DNA from: Asterionella formosa
Taxonomy: Eukaryota
NCBI GenBank assembly: GCA_002256025.1
Contig: NKIB01013611.1
Coordinates: 1-54,806, forward strand
Direction: 5' to 3'
DNA length: 54,806 nucleotides
In this document: piece by piece, positions 42,760-54,806 of the stretch
How the letters are laid out: the number at the start of each line of letters is the position of its first letter
How positions within the stretch are numbered: position 1 is the stretch's first letter
Made by a program: the position numbers and the translations under genes
The notes under the pieces: model-generated
Told to the model about the DNA's origin: nothing
The model's database searches: none
Seen by the model: the letters and a program-made list of their open reading frames with translations, nothing else

Positions 42760-43143
42760 TCACAGGTCTAATTGGAAGATTTCGCCGTCATAGATCAACT
42801 CTGGTTCCGCTTGCGAATCTTGAATCGTGTCGAGAATCTCGCTGCCGTCGTTGGCATGGTTGACACAATATGAAATACCAGAGGATCCACCTCTTTTGGA
42901 GGATTTGAGTCTTGCCTGCACAATTCGGTTGTACATGAGCCAGGTCTTGAGGTCATATTCCGCTTTTGTGGAACACCCAGTGGAAGATGAAGCGGTCTCA
43001 TACTGGTGATAACCTCGCCGACTTTGACACTGAATCGGCAATGATCTTTGTTTTGTTGAATTCATTGGGGGCGATCTATTTATAGAGACGTTGGTGCAAA
43101 GGATGTTGGACCGGGCATTGATTAGAGATCTGGAATGGGCCAT
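42760..43143 (-). CDS. Small hypothetical protein (~127 aa) with YDLKTWLMYNRI motif and C-terminal EIFQLDL
   Basis: ORF from first ATG; mostly polar/disordered composition with one helical motif and an acidic-hydrophobic C-terminus. Confidence 0.7.
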   Translation of the reverse strand: MAHSRSLINARSNILCTNVSINRSPPMNSTKQRSLPIQCQSRRGYHQYETASSSTGCSTKAEYDLKTWLMYNRIVQARLKSSKRGGSSGISYCVNHANDGSEILDTIQDSQAEPELIYDGEIFQLDL

Positions 43144-44166
43144 TATGATTGCCACGTTGCTAATCAGAAAGGATTCTTCGAATGATTTCTTGCTTTTGTG
43201 AGAAAAATATGATTTTGGGAAAATTTGTGCGGCGCGGAGCGACGCAGCCTGATGAGACTCCACTTTTCTCGTTTAATTCGTCTGTGTTCTCATTCAATGT
43301 GTGGTGATAACGAGGCACTTGTACTGACGGTAGATTCGATTTCATGAGATTTGAATCCACCAATATTCACTCCTTAGAAGGCTATGTTCGCTACTCGTAC
43401 GTAAATTGCCTTTGAGAAAAATTGTATATTGCTCCGACGAACTCGATGTGAAAATGCAAAGAAGTGCAGTCGAATTCGTCCGATGAATGGAATCTTGACA
43501 GTACACAGTACCTGGTACAAGTACCAGGTACTACCGGGTATTGGTGATAGATTCGCTACTGCCCGTTTCAACTTGGTGTTACACGATTGCCAGTACGTCC
43601 TTAGGCAGAAGTATACCGGTCTACAGTAGTAGCAATGTACTTGTGTACTCACCGGCACATACCGGGACCAGACCTACCAGATACAATACAGGTATACCAG
43701 TAGCGGTTACCGTCAGAGAATCAAATCATTGCTTGTGAAGCACATGATTCTTGTTATAGCTGACGTCACTGACAGCATCGATGTCACCATTTGAAATCCG
43801 ACGTGATGGTTCCTTGAGCGCGCATTACAACTCTCAGGAAGTAAAGAAAACTGTAGAACATATACTATATAGTTTCTGTACGTCAATCTGTGGTTGATTT
43901 TGTCCGTATTTTTCCTAACGGCCAGTTCAGTCAGCAGCGGTTTTCGCTTGCTTCCGCCGTGATTCATTTTTTCGGCCCCTGCTTAACGGAAAAATGTGGA
44001 TGATTTTCACCGGTACCAGGTACCTGGTGGAGAGTTGAGAGTACGTACTGGTACCGGTACAGGGTACCTGGTACTGTGTTGTCAAAGTGAGCTCTTCATC
44101 TACCGGTACCGGTACGTAGTTATGACTCGCAGTCGACTGAGTCGACTTTTGATGTACGTGGTACCT

Positions 44167-44460
44167 CACATGATATTATTCTGCTATAATGAGCCGGACA
44201 AAATACCGGTAGACTATTTGGAAGACTGATAGTTTGAATCAAACGATCAATGGTTATAAACCTATGATCAATAGGTGTGAGATAGACATGGGTCTATCTA
44301 TGAATTTATGTTCTGACAAATGCAAACAGCATCTGGAGAAATAGTTTGTTTGATTACTCAAACTGAACAAAACCAACTAGTTTGCTTAGTAACTCACAAT
44401 AAGAATCTAGAAACAAATGTCTCTATCTATTGTCTTCTTTGTCAAATGATAGATCTATCA
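44167..44460 (+). repeat. Dispersed repeat family A, copy 2
   Basis: Colinear with 5827-6108. Confidence 0.8.
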
Positions 44461-44897
44461 ACTAAAAGGTAATACTTTAACACCATGTAGTAAATTAGAG
44501 GTTGTGTGGGCAGACCAGGTATACCAGGTAGAGTACCTTGTACCAGTAATACAGGGAGAATCTGGAATTCAAGGTCCTCACCAGCATAGAATTACACAAT
44601 TTCAGCCACCATCATGGAATGGCAGAAAATAACATTCTGTTCTCCGCCTGCTCCGCGCTGTCATTTCTTCTTTACATTTCTACTAGGTACTTCCATGCCG
44701 CTGGCAGGCAAAAAATGGCTTTTAGTTGATGGTTCGTGACTATCAGCCTTCTGAAAATTAGCCAACTCAATACTTGCTGCATTGATTCGTCAATCGAGCT
44801 CGTTCACGTGGACTAGTCTATTGAATCGCCTGCTTGCTATACTGCTTAACTCCGCAAAGTTTCAATACTTTCTTCCTCGCAGAAGCAAGCCTCAAAA

Positions 44898-46476
44898 ATG
44901 TCCGAATCCGACGAACTGGTCTGTCAGTTTATGGCCTTCTCTGGCTGTTCTGATGCTGAGCGTGCACAGTCGTATTTGGAAATGAGTGGAAATAATCTTG
45001 AGATGGCCATTTCCTTGTACATGGACCACTCAAGTGGAGGTGGAGCCGCGGATGCTGATGGCGACGCTGGCGTTGCTCCAGGCTTGTCGGAAATACGAGC
45101 TCCCGACGCGACACAACGAATGCAACTCATGGACGTCGGACTCTCGGGGTATGGAATGCACTTGGCCGACCCTGAACCAGAACCAATGAATATTCCCAAC
45201 GCCTTTGCTATCGATACCGATATTAGAGCCGCCATTAATGCTGCGGTGATGGGAGAGCACTCCAATGATGATGGCGAGGACGACGATGATGACGAGGAGT
45301 ATATTCAAGTCATCGGGAGACCTGTTGGCACTACTGGATTGCAAACTATGTTCTCTCCGCCGACGCACCTCATGTACACTGCGGGAGGATTTCAGGGAGC
45401 TCGATCGGCAGCCAAGGATGCTAGACGGTGGTTACTCGTTAATATTCAGAGCGATGCTGAATTTAGCAGTCATGCTTTGAACAGAGACGTGTGGAGAGAT
45501 GATTTGGTGGAAAATTTGGTTCGAGAAGGCTTCATTTTTTGGCAAACTGTGAGTATTTGATATTAAAATGGAGAATCGTCATATTGCGCGTGACATCGTG
45601 TCGGAGAAGAATTCTCAGAGCGAAACTAACTCCTTGTGTTTCAATTTCACTCACCCTGGTCGTTCTAGTACGACGTTACACCTGATGGCCGGACGTATGC
45701 CCAAAGATACGATGTCCACGATTATCCCCACGTTGGCATTATCGATCCTCGGACAGGCCGCTTATTGTGGAGAAAGGAAGGTTGGACACAGGAAAAGCCC
45801 ATGACAGCTGAAACTTTTGCGGAAATGGCCATGGATTTCTGTTCGCGTCATTCCTTCGACAAGGAACCACAGGCTCCACGAGCGGCATCTGCGAGTATCA
45901 ATAACGGAGAACGAAAGCGTCCCTTCATGACTGAACAAGAACAGATACAAGCCGCCATGGTTGCTAGTTTGAAGAAGGACACAATAACAGACGTTGCCAC
46001 TGACAATGGCGATGGCGATAACGAATACTGCATGGAAGCCGATGACGATGACGAAGAGATTGAATGCTTGGGCACTGAGGAAGAAATGAAACAAGTAGCT
46101 GAACCCGCATTTATTGAAAAGTTATTGGATGTGACTGTACCAGCTGAACCGTCGGACAGTGTTGCTCGTGTGCAAGTTCGCATGCCAGACGGAAAACGGC
46201 TGGTTCGAAAGTTTGCCAACACCGACAAGTTGCTGATAATTTATGCATTTGTGGCGGTAAGTGCTTTTAATTATTATTCACATTGGTGCTAGCATTCCCA
46301 GAATAATCCTAACACCTACACCATTTCGACAGCAAAACAATGACGAGGCCAAAGGCGGCAAAGAGTTTATATTGATGGCTGGCTTTCCTCCCAGGGATCT
46401 GTTGGCTAGACTCAATGACACTGTAGAGTCGTGCAAGTTGGCAGGGGAAGCAATATCGGTCCGATGGAAGGAGTAA
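44898..46476 (+). CDS. UBX domain protein (UBXN7/PUX7-like: UBA-like, UAS, UIM, UBX); exons 44898-45548, 45669-46256, 46333-46476
   Basis: AQSYLEMSGNNLEMAISLY, RWLLVNIQSDAEFSSHALNRDVW, EQEQIQAAMVASL, RVQVRMPDGKRLVRKF, GFPPR; introns phase 0. Confidence 0.92.
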
Positions 46477-46575
46477 AAAGATCATTCTAAGACCCTCTGG
46501 TGTATAACGAAAGGGTATAGCTTGTTGCTCTTTAAAAGTTTTTAGTATCCCACTTGTTTCTGTTATTAGTCAATC

Positions 46576-46752
46576 TTAGTGGCCAACTGACTTGCGTTTA
46601 GGAGGCCCATACATTGTGTACTTGTAAGCATATTCCAGACACATGTACGCTCCGTAGATCACAACCGCTTTCCTTAGGCCAGGGAAGGGATCGTGGTGCA
46701 GATTGCGAAAAACGGGGTGATCTCTCCAGGCATCTTGTCCGCGAAAAACCAT
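46576..46752 (-). CDS. NDUFB3: NADH:ubiquinone oxidoreductase subunit B12 (NDUFB3-like), 58 aa
   Basis: Manual translation MVFRGQDAWRDHPVFRNLHHDPFPGLRKAVVIYGAYMCLEYAYKYTMYGPPKRKSVGH*; the D.WR.HP...PGL + TM pattern is that of B12. Confidence 0.8.
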   Translation of the reverse strand: MVFRGQDAWRDHPVFRNLHHDPFPGLRKAVVIYGAYMCLEYAYKYTMYGPPKRKSVGH

Positions 46753-47226
46753 GATATATTGGAAATCTGTATAGAAACAATGTAACTAGGTTAGTTGGTG
46801 ACCTGGTAGTATTCAAACGGGCGTGTTCTTGAGCAATGATATATGCCATATCGGAGGTTTAGTGCGACAAACAAAAAACTCGAGAATCGAGGTCTGACGA
46901 GCGCTAATGCTCGCCGAGTGACAGAATCGCCGAGTGCTGTGAATTTCTCGATTGATATTTCAATCGTCTCGTCTCCTCTGTTTCTCTTCAGTACATCGGC
47001 AGTAAACATGTCGCAGCATACGGATTGCAATGCTGAAGGAACGCACCTGGGAAAACAGTGGAAAGAACTGATTGTAGGCTGACAACAATTGTTTGTTACC
47101 GGTAGTCAAGTGCTACCTGATGAAAAAGGAACGCCGCGACTTGATAGAACTGATTAACTATTTGCACAGACAAAACATTTATCTGGCACGGAAACCAAAT
47201 AAAAATCGATCATGACATCGAGCGAC

Positions 47227-47242
47227 TTTTGGCGCGCCAAAA
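47227..47242. promoter_or_regulatory. Palindromic double E2F-type site TTTTGGCGCGCCAAAA
   Basis: Perfect 16-bp palindrome containing TTTGGCGC on both strands, ~215 bp upstream of the NASP-like ATG. Confidence 0.6.
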
Positions 47243-47455
47243 TTTCACATCACATCATTTAATAATTCCATTATTTTAGGATACCAGTAATTGATCGTTG
47301 CAGCTGGATCAAAAACTTAAAACGTGCATATGTTCCTGAATCAGCGTCCTGCACTTGCTTACTGTCCTCGTTGTCATTTATTTGATCCTTTCGTGCCTCT
47401 CTTTTCGTGGCTACAGCAACAGTAACAGTAACGACGCAAGACCAAGGCATTCAAC

Positions 47456-48805
47456 ATGGCCGCGCCAAAGCAAAACTCGCCCGTTCAAGCGACCGAGTCG
47501 TCGACACTGAAGGCGGCTCCTCAAGATCCTCCTGCCATGAAGGACCCTCCGTCTGGAACTCCAGCCACTCCGCACAACGCAGCTTCGACGCATATGACGT
47601 TCCCTATGGATCCTCCTGCTGCTGATGCAACGGAGCCTGTTGAGGATCCCCCAGAGCTCACCTACGCCGGCACGGAAGCATCGGCCGCATATTGCACCGC
47701 CAAGATTCTCCTCAATGACGGGGAGTTTGATCAAGCCCTGGAGATTATAGGAAATGCCATGGCAAGGACCATGTCTAGGCTCCCGGAGGAATCTGGAACT
47801 CTCCACGAATGCATGGCTCCTTTTTACTATCTCTACGGAACAACCCTACTTTATTCAATTGAAGAATCCTCGGACAATCTCGGACCCGAAGCGCCCGACG
47901 AAGAGGATGGAGGAGAAGACGCGGAAGACATTCAGATTGCCTGGGAAAATCTCGAAACTTCTCGTCACATTGTTTCCATGATGCGCGGGAAGGACTCGAC
48001 CGATGATAAGCTCACGCTCGACTTGGCCCAAATCCACATGCGACTAGGCGATGTGCAAAAGGCAAATGACCGTTCCGCTGAGGCACTGGAAGATTACCGT
48101 AGGGCCTTGGAACTTCGTCAGCCACTCTTGGGCATGTACAATCGCAAGGTGGCTGATTTGTACATGCAATCCGCCATGGTATATATGACCCTGGCTAGTG
48201 CGGAGGGTGTCTCTGACGCACAAAAGGGGGAGTATACAAACCAGGCGTTGGAGCACTATATGGCTTGCGGCAAGTCGTTTGCTGGACTTATTGCATTTAC
48301 CTGTGGACATAATCCAGAAGTTGTCACCAAGGATCCCGAGATATTTGTTGGTGGTAAGACATCTGGAATGACGGAGGACGAACTACGAGTAAATCAAATG
48401 TCCCTCACCTTGAAGAACATTCGTGACCGTGTGGCCACCATGGGAGTAAATGACGAGCAGGTTCATGAGTGGAAGGAAATTCTCACAGAAATTCAAGAAA
48501 CGATTGACGAAGCTGAACAGGCGGGAAAAGCCATGACAGAAGTGACTGAAATGAAGATTCAAGCGAAAATGGCAGCTGATGCAGAGGTGGATACTCCAAA
48601 TTTGGATGGGAGTACTACCTCGATTGGATTTGGGGGAGTTACTGTAGCTGCGGTGACGGCGAATGTAACTAGCTTGGATGTGGCGTCAACTGGTGGGGCC
48701 AAACCAATGATGGTGGTTCGTAAAAAGAAGAAACTGGATCCCCCTGAGAACGACCAGAAAATGCCGGATGAAGGAAATATGAGCAAGCGAACAAAGAACG
48801 TGTAA
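47456..48805 (+). CDS. NASP/Sim3/Hif1-like histone chaperone (SHNi-TPR)
   Basis: CMAPFYYLYGTTLL, acidic insert, DIQIAWENLETSR, LAQIHMRLGDV...ALEDYRRALELR, TTSIGFG, basic VRKKKK. Confidence 0.85.
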   Translation: MAAPKQNSPVQATESSTLKAAPQDPPAMKDPPSGTPATPHNAASTHMTFPMDPPAADATEPVEDPPELTYAGTEASAAYCTAKILLNDGEFDQALEIIGNAMARTMSRLPEESGTLHECMAPFYYLYGTTLLYSIEESSDNLGPEAPDEEDGGEDAEDIQIAWENLETSRHIVSMMRGKDSTDDKLTLDLAQIHMRLGDVQKANDRSAEALEDYRRALELRQPLLGMYNRKVADLYMQSAMVYMTLASAEGVSDAQKGEYTNQALEHYMACGKSFAGLIAFTCGHNPEVVTKDPEIFVGGKTSGMTEDELRVNQMSLTLKNIRDRVATMGVNDEQVHEWKEILTEIQETIDEAEQAGKAMTEVTEMKIQAKMAADAEVDTPNLDGSTTSIGFGGVTVAAVTANVTSLDVASTGGAKPMMVVRKKKKLDPPENDQKMPDEGNMSKRTKNV

Positions 48806-51800
48806 GGTGTGCTATTAATTATTACTTTGTAGAGTCGAAATTTAGGCAAAATGATTTGTCGTCCACTGGATACCAATACGTGAGTCAATTTTGTTTCGAT
48901 GTTTGCATTGCAAAGAAAGTTATAGAAGGGATGAGAAACGTCGCTCATATATGCATTTCAGTAGGTATTTAGTAGTCTGGGGGGCGCACAATCATCGCAG
49001 TGATTTGCATGATGCATTCGCTATGATGGATAAAAATGCGTTCATTTAGCGAAATACTTCTAATTTAACTCCAAAAGAATCGGCCAAATAAATTAGCATA
49101 TACATTGCGATTGCTGTATAGTGTGGCAAGTAGTAATTCACTCTAACGTCACCTCATTTATTAAGTGCCTCAAGACTACTTGAGTGTTGGTAGGGTAGCC
49201 CATATGGCACATTCTGGCATTCACACCCCAAGTTTTTTCAATACTTTCTTATGCCAAGAAGTATTAGGGGGCTGGTTGAACTTGTGGAATGGCAGGAGTT
49301 ACAACACAACAACCAACAGGAGTCGACGTAGAGTGTGTGACAGTAGTAGGTACGGAAGAGGATGAAACTGATTGAGGAGTTTCAGGTGGGAAAGCACTAT
49401 TGACCTTTTCAAAAACAGGAACGCGAGCCTGGTGATGCATCTCCATTGAAAGATTCTGATATCTGGAGTTATTTCTGTGAAAGAGTGTCTAGATTTATCA
49501 AGAACATATGTGGTTGGAAGAGAAGCAGTTGAGTTTACCAGAGCAGAGATCATGCCTTTCTCCTGCAATGAGCTGTGCAACGATCTGGCTTCTTCATCCC
49601 AGAAGCAGCCAGTTGCAAGGTCTACGCATATCCTAGTTGCATAAACTTTTCCAAAACAGTCCCCAACGCTTCATAAAAAATATCTAGTTTACGTTGTTGT
49701 TGTGTAAATATAGAATCAAACAAAACAAATGTACTAGCAAGCAAGCATGCAAATATATATTATTGACATGATTGTCAAGCAAAAAGGAAATTTTATAAAC
49801 AATGAAGTCAAGCACTTACCTTAAGTTCCTTCTAAGGAGCTCTCCTTCTTCGAAAAAAACTGTTCATTGCTAGCAATCATCTCAGGAGAGCAAATGTTAT
49901 GACGGTAGTGATACACAATTTTCACAATGCAATTAAGGTCGCACGTGTCCTCGATCATTGTGCACTCGTGTAAACTGGCGTACCTGACCTATGGTACAGT
50001 ATGTACCACGCTAGATCTACTATATCATTAGATGGTATAAGTCCTATGTAACGTTAACCTCATAGGCTCTTCTATACAGACCATATACTTCTTTACTCTC
50101 ACTGTACTGTAGAGATTTACACAATACACACTGTGTATGTATGCCACGTCAACCATAAGTGAAAGGTGTACCCTTTTACATTACGCACACGACTACCATG
50201 GAACCCATACGTAGTACATATACATGTACACGAGAGTGGTCATGATTAGTACTTGATGCTATAGACACGGTTACTAGTATGTAGCTCGTAGTACATATTG
50301 CATTATGTACCCGCAGGTATATGTTACGTGATAACTACCGTTTATTGGTACAGATGTATCTCTAGAATAGACGTACCAATGCTAGGCTAAAACATGACAC
50401 CTAGCATGGACTCTTGACCTAGTACATGCCCTTCTCATCAAGAACCGCCCTTGTGAGTCCCCTTGGACTAGGAGCTAATATAGATACACTAATCATTAAG
50501 CTCATAATTACCCAGAACCTACTTGTTGAATCCTGACAACCGTAGGGCAGTACCTACGCTCAGTTTTCTGTAGAGTAAGAGCATTTTTTTCTTAATCACT
50601 GGGATGAAGGACCACAGTGCACAGTCCATTCAAATACCGACGGTCACCTTATCGAATGTCAATTCTGACTTCTCGATCGACCCACTGACACAAAATGATG
50701 CCTTACCCAGCTCCATAGTAGAAGAGACTTACTGCAGTCGTTGTAGTAGTTCTCAAAAGGAAAGAGCCTCGTGCTGTGGACATGCATTTCCCCATCTTCA
50801 TGAGACAAACAACCTGTGAATACTTGTGATTTGTTGGAAGTATCAGGAGGTGGAGGAGTAGCAGGACAGGGTGCAATCTTCAAAGCTCTACATGATAAAC
50901 CGTGGTGGCAGGGCACATTAAGCATGACAACGCACAATGAACAAGCACATAACTATCTTCTTCGCTTGTACCATAGCTACGGGACAACGCGGTATGCCAA
51001 ATCTCTTCATATTCCTTTTGCTTGGCAGACTTCGAGATAACCAATGTCGACTTTTCGGTGTCATTGTAGTCAATTAAAAACGCGCATAAAGTAGGAGAAG
51101 TAATATTGTGATTAGAAAACATAGAACAGTGCTATTCTAGAGAGGAGGAATAACCAACAAAATAGCACTCAAAGTTGCTGCCGATGTCTTATATCAGGCA
51201 GATATATCCATAGAAAACACATCAGTAAAAATATTTATATTTTAACATCTGAAAACTGCTGATGATTATTGCTAATCTGAGACCATGGAAGCCTCAATTG
51301 GATATCCTGTCTGCCGTTGCTCAATTCGGGCTTGCAACAGGGACCTTTTGACTTTCTCTTGATCCCATAGTCTGCTGCTTGTTATGCTGCCTAGTTAGAG
51401 CAGATTGGTCAATATACCAGTGAAACAATGGATGTGCGATGTAGATTCTATTTGTCCTAGTATTTGCGACTTGATTACTTACATTGTCTGTTTTGATCGT
51501 TTCTGTCTTGTTTTTCGTTCCGCTCTGTTATTTTGGTTCAATTGTATCTATCAACACAAGAGTCAATATACTATGTATCAATGCATACTCTTCAAAGATG
51601 CATTGATGTTGATCTTATTTGTTGATTTGTCAAAATTGCCACCAAGCAAAACTTTTCTTGTAATAACGCGCTTTGCTACCTTTCTACTCAGGGTTTGTAT
51701 CATAAATTATGTATCAATATTCAGCTAGAGGGAGTTGATAGCAGTTGAGCAGCCTGGTGATCATGCTTGGTGCTCAGAATGGAATTATCAGGGTTGTTTG

Positions 51801-52927
51801 GTGGGAGGAACAGAACTGTGGGCGGAAGCACTCCTGCTAGTACGTGTGTCAGGTTACAGCTATGTGCATGGTTGCAGCAACCAGATGATCTACAATACAT
51901 CATGATACAGATCTCAGTTGGGTTCAGTTTTTTCTTCTCATCTGTTTTATTTCACCACTCTTTGATTGTGTGACGGAAAGTCAATGTTGGCTGTGTAAGT
52001 ACTACAATGCATATGTCTCCACTGAAACTCCAATTTTTTACTTCTTTTCTAACCTAAAACAATTTTATCTATTTCTCATTTGACACTATTAATTACATTT
52101 CATATCATACTTTGGTTGCTCCAAACACCGTGTTCAATTTTTATTGATATTGTATGCTACAAACATTCTCGTGTGTTCAATGCTTGTTTTCCCATTTCTA
52201 TGTAAATTACCGTTATTCTGGCTGTCATGCTAAAATCGGCAATTTTTTATCCCGAAAAATTCGATATGCCCCATATTGCCCCTAAACAAAAATTAAATAC
52301 TTAACAACAAGTTACTTAAAGTTTTAAAATTACTTAGAAGTGCCCAAGAGGCAAGTTCATAGATGGAACAGGAATTGCCTAGGTAATATCCTACTCGGTA
52401 GGAGTTAATTTGAGTATTCGACTTGGGAGTCCCTAGCAGGTTGCCCTTCTCCCAACGCCGGGGGTGCCACTCGTTCGGTCAACCTACCGGTACTCGCGCC
52501 TCCCAAGTCGAGTACCCGTACTGTGCATACACAAAAATACTCCTCGCAGGCAGTCGCCACCCGGTCGTGTCTAGTACTGGTACCAGGTACCTTCAACATT
52601 ACCCACGGTACCAGGTACGAGTTTGCAAGAAGGCAGGCAGTGCGTTGAATTGTCCTTGCTTTTCTTCTTGGCGATCGCTCAGCAGCAGGTATGGAATAAT
52701 CTATGATTTCATATGGTTATGAGTTTGCTTGATGGCTGGCTTTATTTACACATTCATCATCTCATACTACATCCAGCGTACAGCACAGAAAACATAGTGT
52801 ACTGGTCGTGCATATGATAACAAGTAATAATCCGGCAGAGACCATACTACACGGTAATAACAAACAATTGTATTGATCACATGCAAATGTAGGTGCAGTC
52901 ATCAGTATACCCTTCGAAAGCATCACC

Positions 52928-54313
52928 ATGGCCGACCGATCATCCTCGTCTGGGGAACTCGCCGCTCCGAGGAAAGAGATTTATACGTATAAGGCGCCAT
53001 GGACTGTATTTAGTATGGCGTGGTCGCATCGGTACGTTACGTGTAGTGTTTCTATTCAATTGTTCCTTGAACAAATGGCCAAATGGTGTTGATTGTGCGC
53101 CACAGCCTCGTGTCTATTTACTCACAATTTACTTTGCATGCCATGGTATTACGTACCCGCAGTCCTGACCCGTCCTCTCAATTCCGTTTGGCCATTGGCT
53201 CCTATGTCGAGCAATATTCCAATTCAGTTTCTGTCATTAAGAAGAATCCAGAGTCGTCTCAACTTTATCAAGCTTGTGAATTCGATCATCCCTACCCCTG
53301 CACGAAAATCCTATGGAGTCCAGATGCTGGTTCACAAGGATCGAAAGATTTGCTTGCAACCACAGGCGACTATTTGAGAGTTTGGAATGTTACTGATGAT
53401 CCGCAATCTGGGAAAGGAATGTTGTTACCAACTAAGGAGGCCTTGTTGAATAATGTGAGTTATTGTTTGCCCTTTTTTGCAGTTATACAATTTGTAATTG
53501 TGTCTCTCTCTCTTGATTTGCTAAAACGAGTCATTCTTCCCTTCTTCGAGACCGCACAGAACAAAACGTCGGAATATTGTGCTCCCTTGACTAGCTTCGA
53601 TTGGAACGAATCAGATCCCAACATCATTGGCACCTCCAGTATTGATACAACATGTACCATTTGGGATTTGACCACACAGACTGCACGGACTCAATTGATT
53701 GCACATGATCGAGAAGTTTTTGATTTGGCATTTGCACGAGGGAAGGATGTTTTTGCATCCGTGGGAGCCGATGGAAGTGTGCGAATGTTTGATTTGAGGT
53801 CTTTGGAGCACTCTACTATTATATATGAATCTCCCAATTTAGACCCACTTTTACGATTGGAATGGAACAAGCAAGATCCAAATTATTTGGCAACCTTTAT
53901 GCTGGACAGTCGACGAACAATCATTTTAGACATTCGTGTGCCATCATTGCCAGTTGCAGAACTGGGAGGACATTTGGGATGTGTCAACGCCACTGCGTGG
54001 GCTCCACATTCATCCTGCCATATTTGCACAGCAGGAGATGACTCACAAGCACTTATTTGGGATCTAAGTCAAATGCCCAATCGACCAGTGGAAGATCCTA
54101 TTTTGGCATACAATGCTGATGGAGAAATTAACAATTTGCAATGGAGCGCTATTCAGCCAGATTGGATCAGTATTGCCTACAATGACAAACTTCAAATACG
54201 TGAGTACAATTTTTAACATTTCCGTTCGTGTGATCATATGTTTTTGTGTATGCTATTTCTAAATCTCATTGTTCTTTTTGTCACAATGTTTAATTTCTAC
54301 AGTTCGTGTTTAA
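52928..54313 (+). CDS. WD40 protein, DCAF7/WDR68/AN11-like; exons 52928-53031, 53163-53454, 53560-54199, 54303-54313
   Basis: KEIYTYKAPW, FDHPYPCTK, CAPLTSFDWN, TQLIAHDREV, GADGSVRMFDLRSLEHSTIIYE; splicing restores the family C-terminus LQILRV*. Confidence 0.95.
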
Positions 54314-54806
54314 TGTCTATTGTTCATTAACTTCATATTACAATTGTATGTGGCTTGGAACATAATCTATTGCAACCTAAAGAACCTTAATCTAACTCTG
54401 GCAATAGTAAATACTGGTGTATATTTCACTAGGTAGTTTCAGGCAAAAACACTAGGAACAGAAACTCCCATTGAATATACTGAGAGGTTATTGTAAGCCT
54501 TAACCCAATGAGTCATTTACTCCATCCAATGCCCACTGCTCCTTGACCTTTTCAGTTTCAGATAATTCATCTGCTCCCTGTCATGATAGCAAACTGGTTC
54601 CATTTGATCATCAAAACTTATCTTCATTTTGCTTTTCTGATTCCCAAGGAATGTTTTGTCATCATCCAGTAGACATCAGTCAAATATGACGACATACGAA
54701 GATTCATGAAATTATCAATCAAGTCTTATTGTATGTTAGAGCTATCCAATAATTGCACTCGTGCCCAAATAAATGAATAAATGGACACAATTAGGTTTCA
54801 TTCATC

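Noticed and set aside
49165..51973. Scattered ORFs and splice-like signals as a gene
   Set aside because: Could not join them into a stop-free model; probably decayed gene or TE sequence.
1..54806. tRNA or rRNA genes, prokaryotic operon or defence island
   Set aside because: No cloverleaf or rRNA signature seen by eye; intron-containing eukaryotic genes throughout.

Overview
Eukaryotic nuclear DNA, most likely from a diatom: short GT-AG introns and several signal peptide + ASAF-type plastid-targeting presequences. About 17 protein genes can be supported: an FBN11-type kinase-like protein, a probable thylakoid-lumen protein, FTR variable chain, plastid LPAAT, organellar DNA polymerase (POP) with a SAP insertion, cyclophilin H-like, ferredoxin-type glutamate synthase, a repeat+fibrillin protein, a 1922-aa NB-ARC-TPR (NLR-like) protein, Oxa1/Cox18, a UBXN7-like protein, a 58-aa complex I B12 subunit missed by the ORF track, a NASP-like histone chaperone, a DCAF7/WDR68-like WD40 protein and three hypotheticals. 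Gene islands alternate with AT-rich, CpG-poor blocks holding decayed Harbinger, pogo and non-LTR remnants and dispersed or inverted repeats. Most notable: the NLR-like protein has MHV where the MHD motif is expected; a ~510-bp duplicate of its 3' end has nearly all CpGs changed to TpG/CpA; GGTACC/ACCWGGT/ACCGGT clusters sit upstream of most genes; and a small protein has 4E-BP/TOS-like motifs. All homology calls come from motif recognition by eye; no searches were run.
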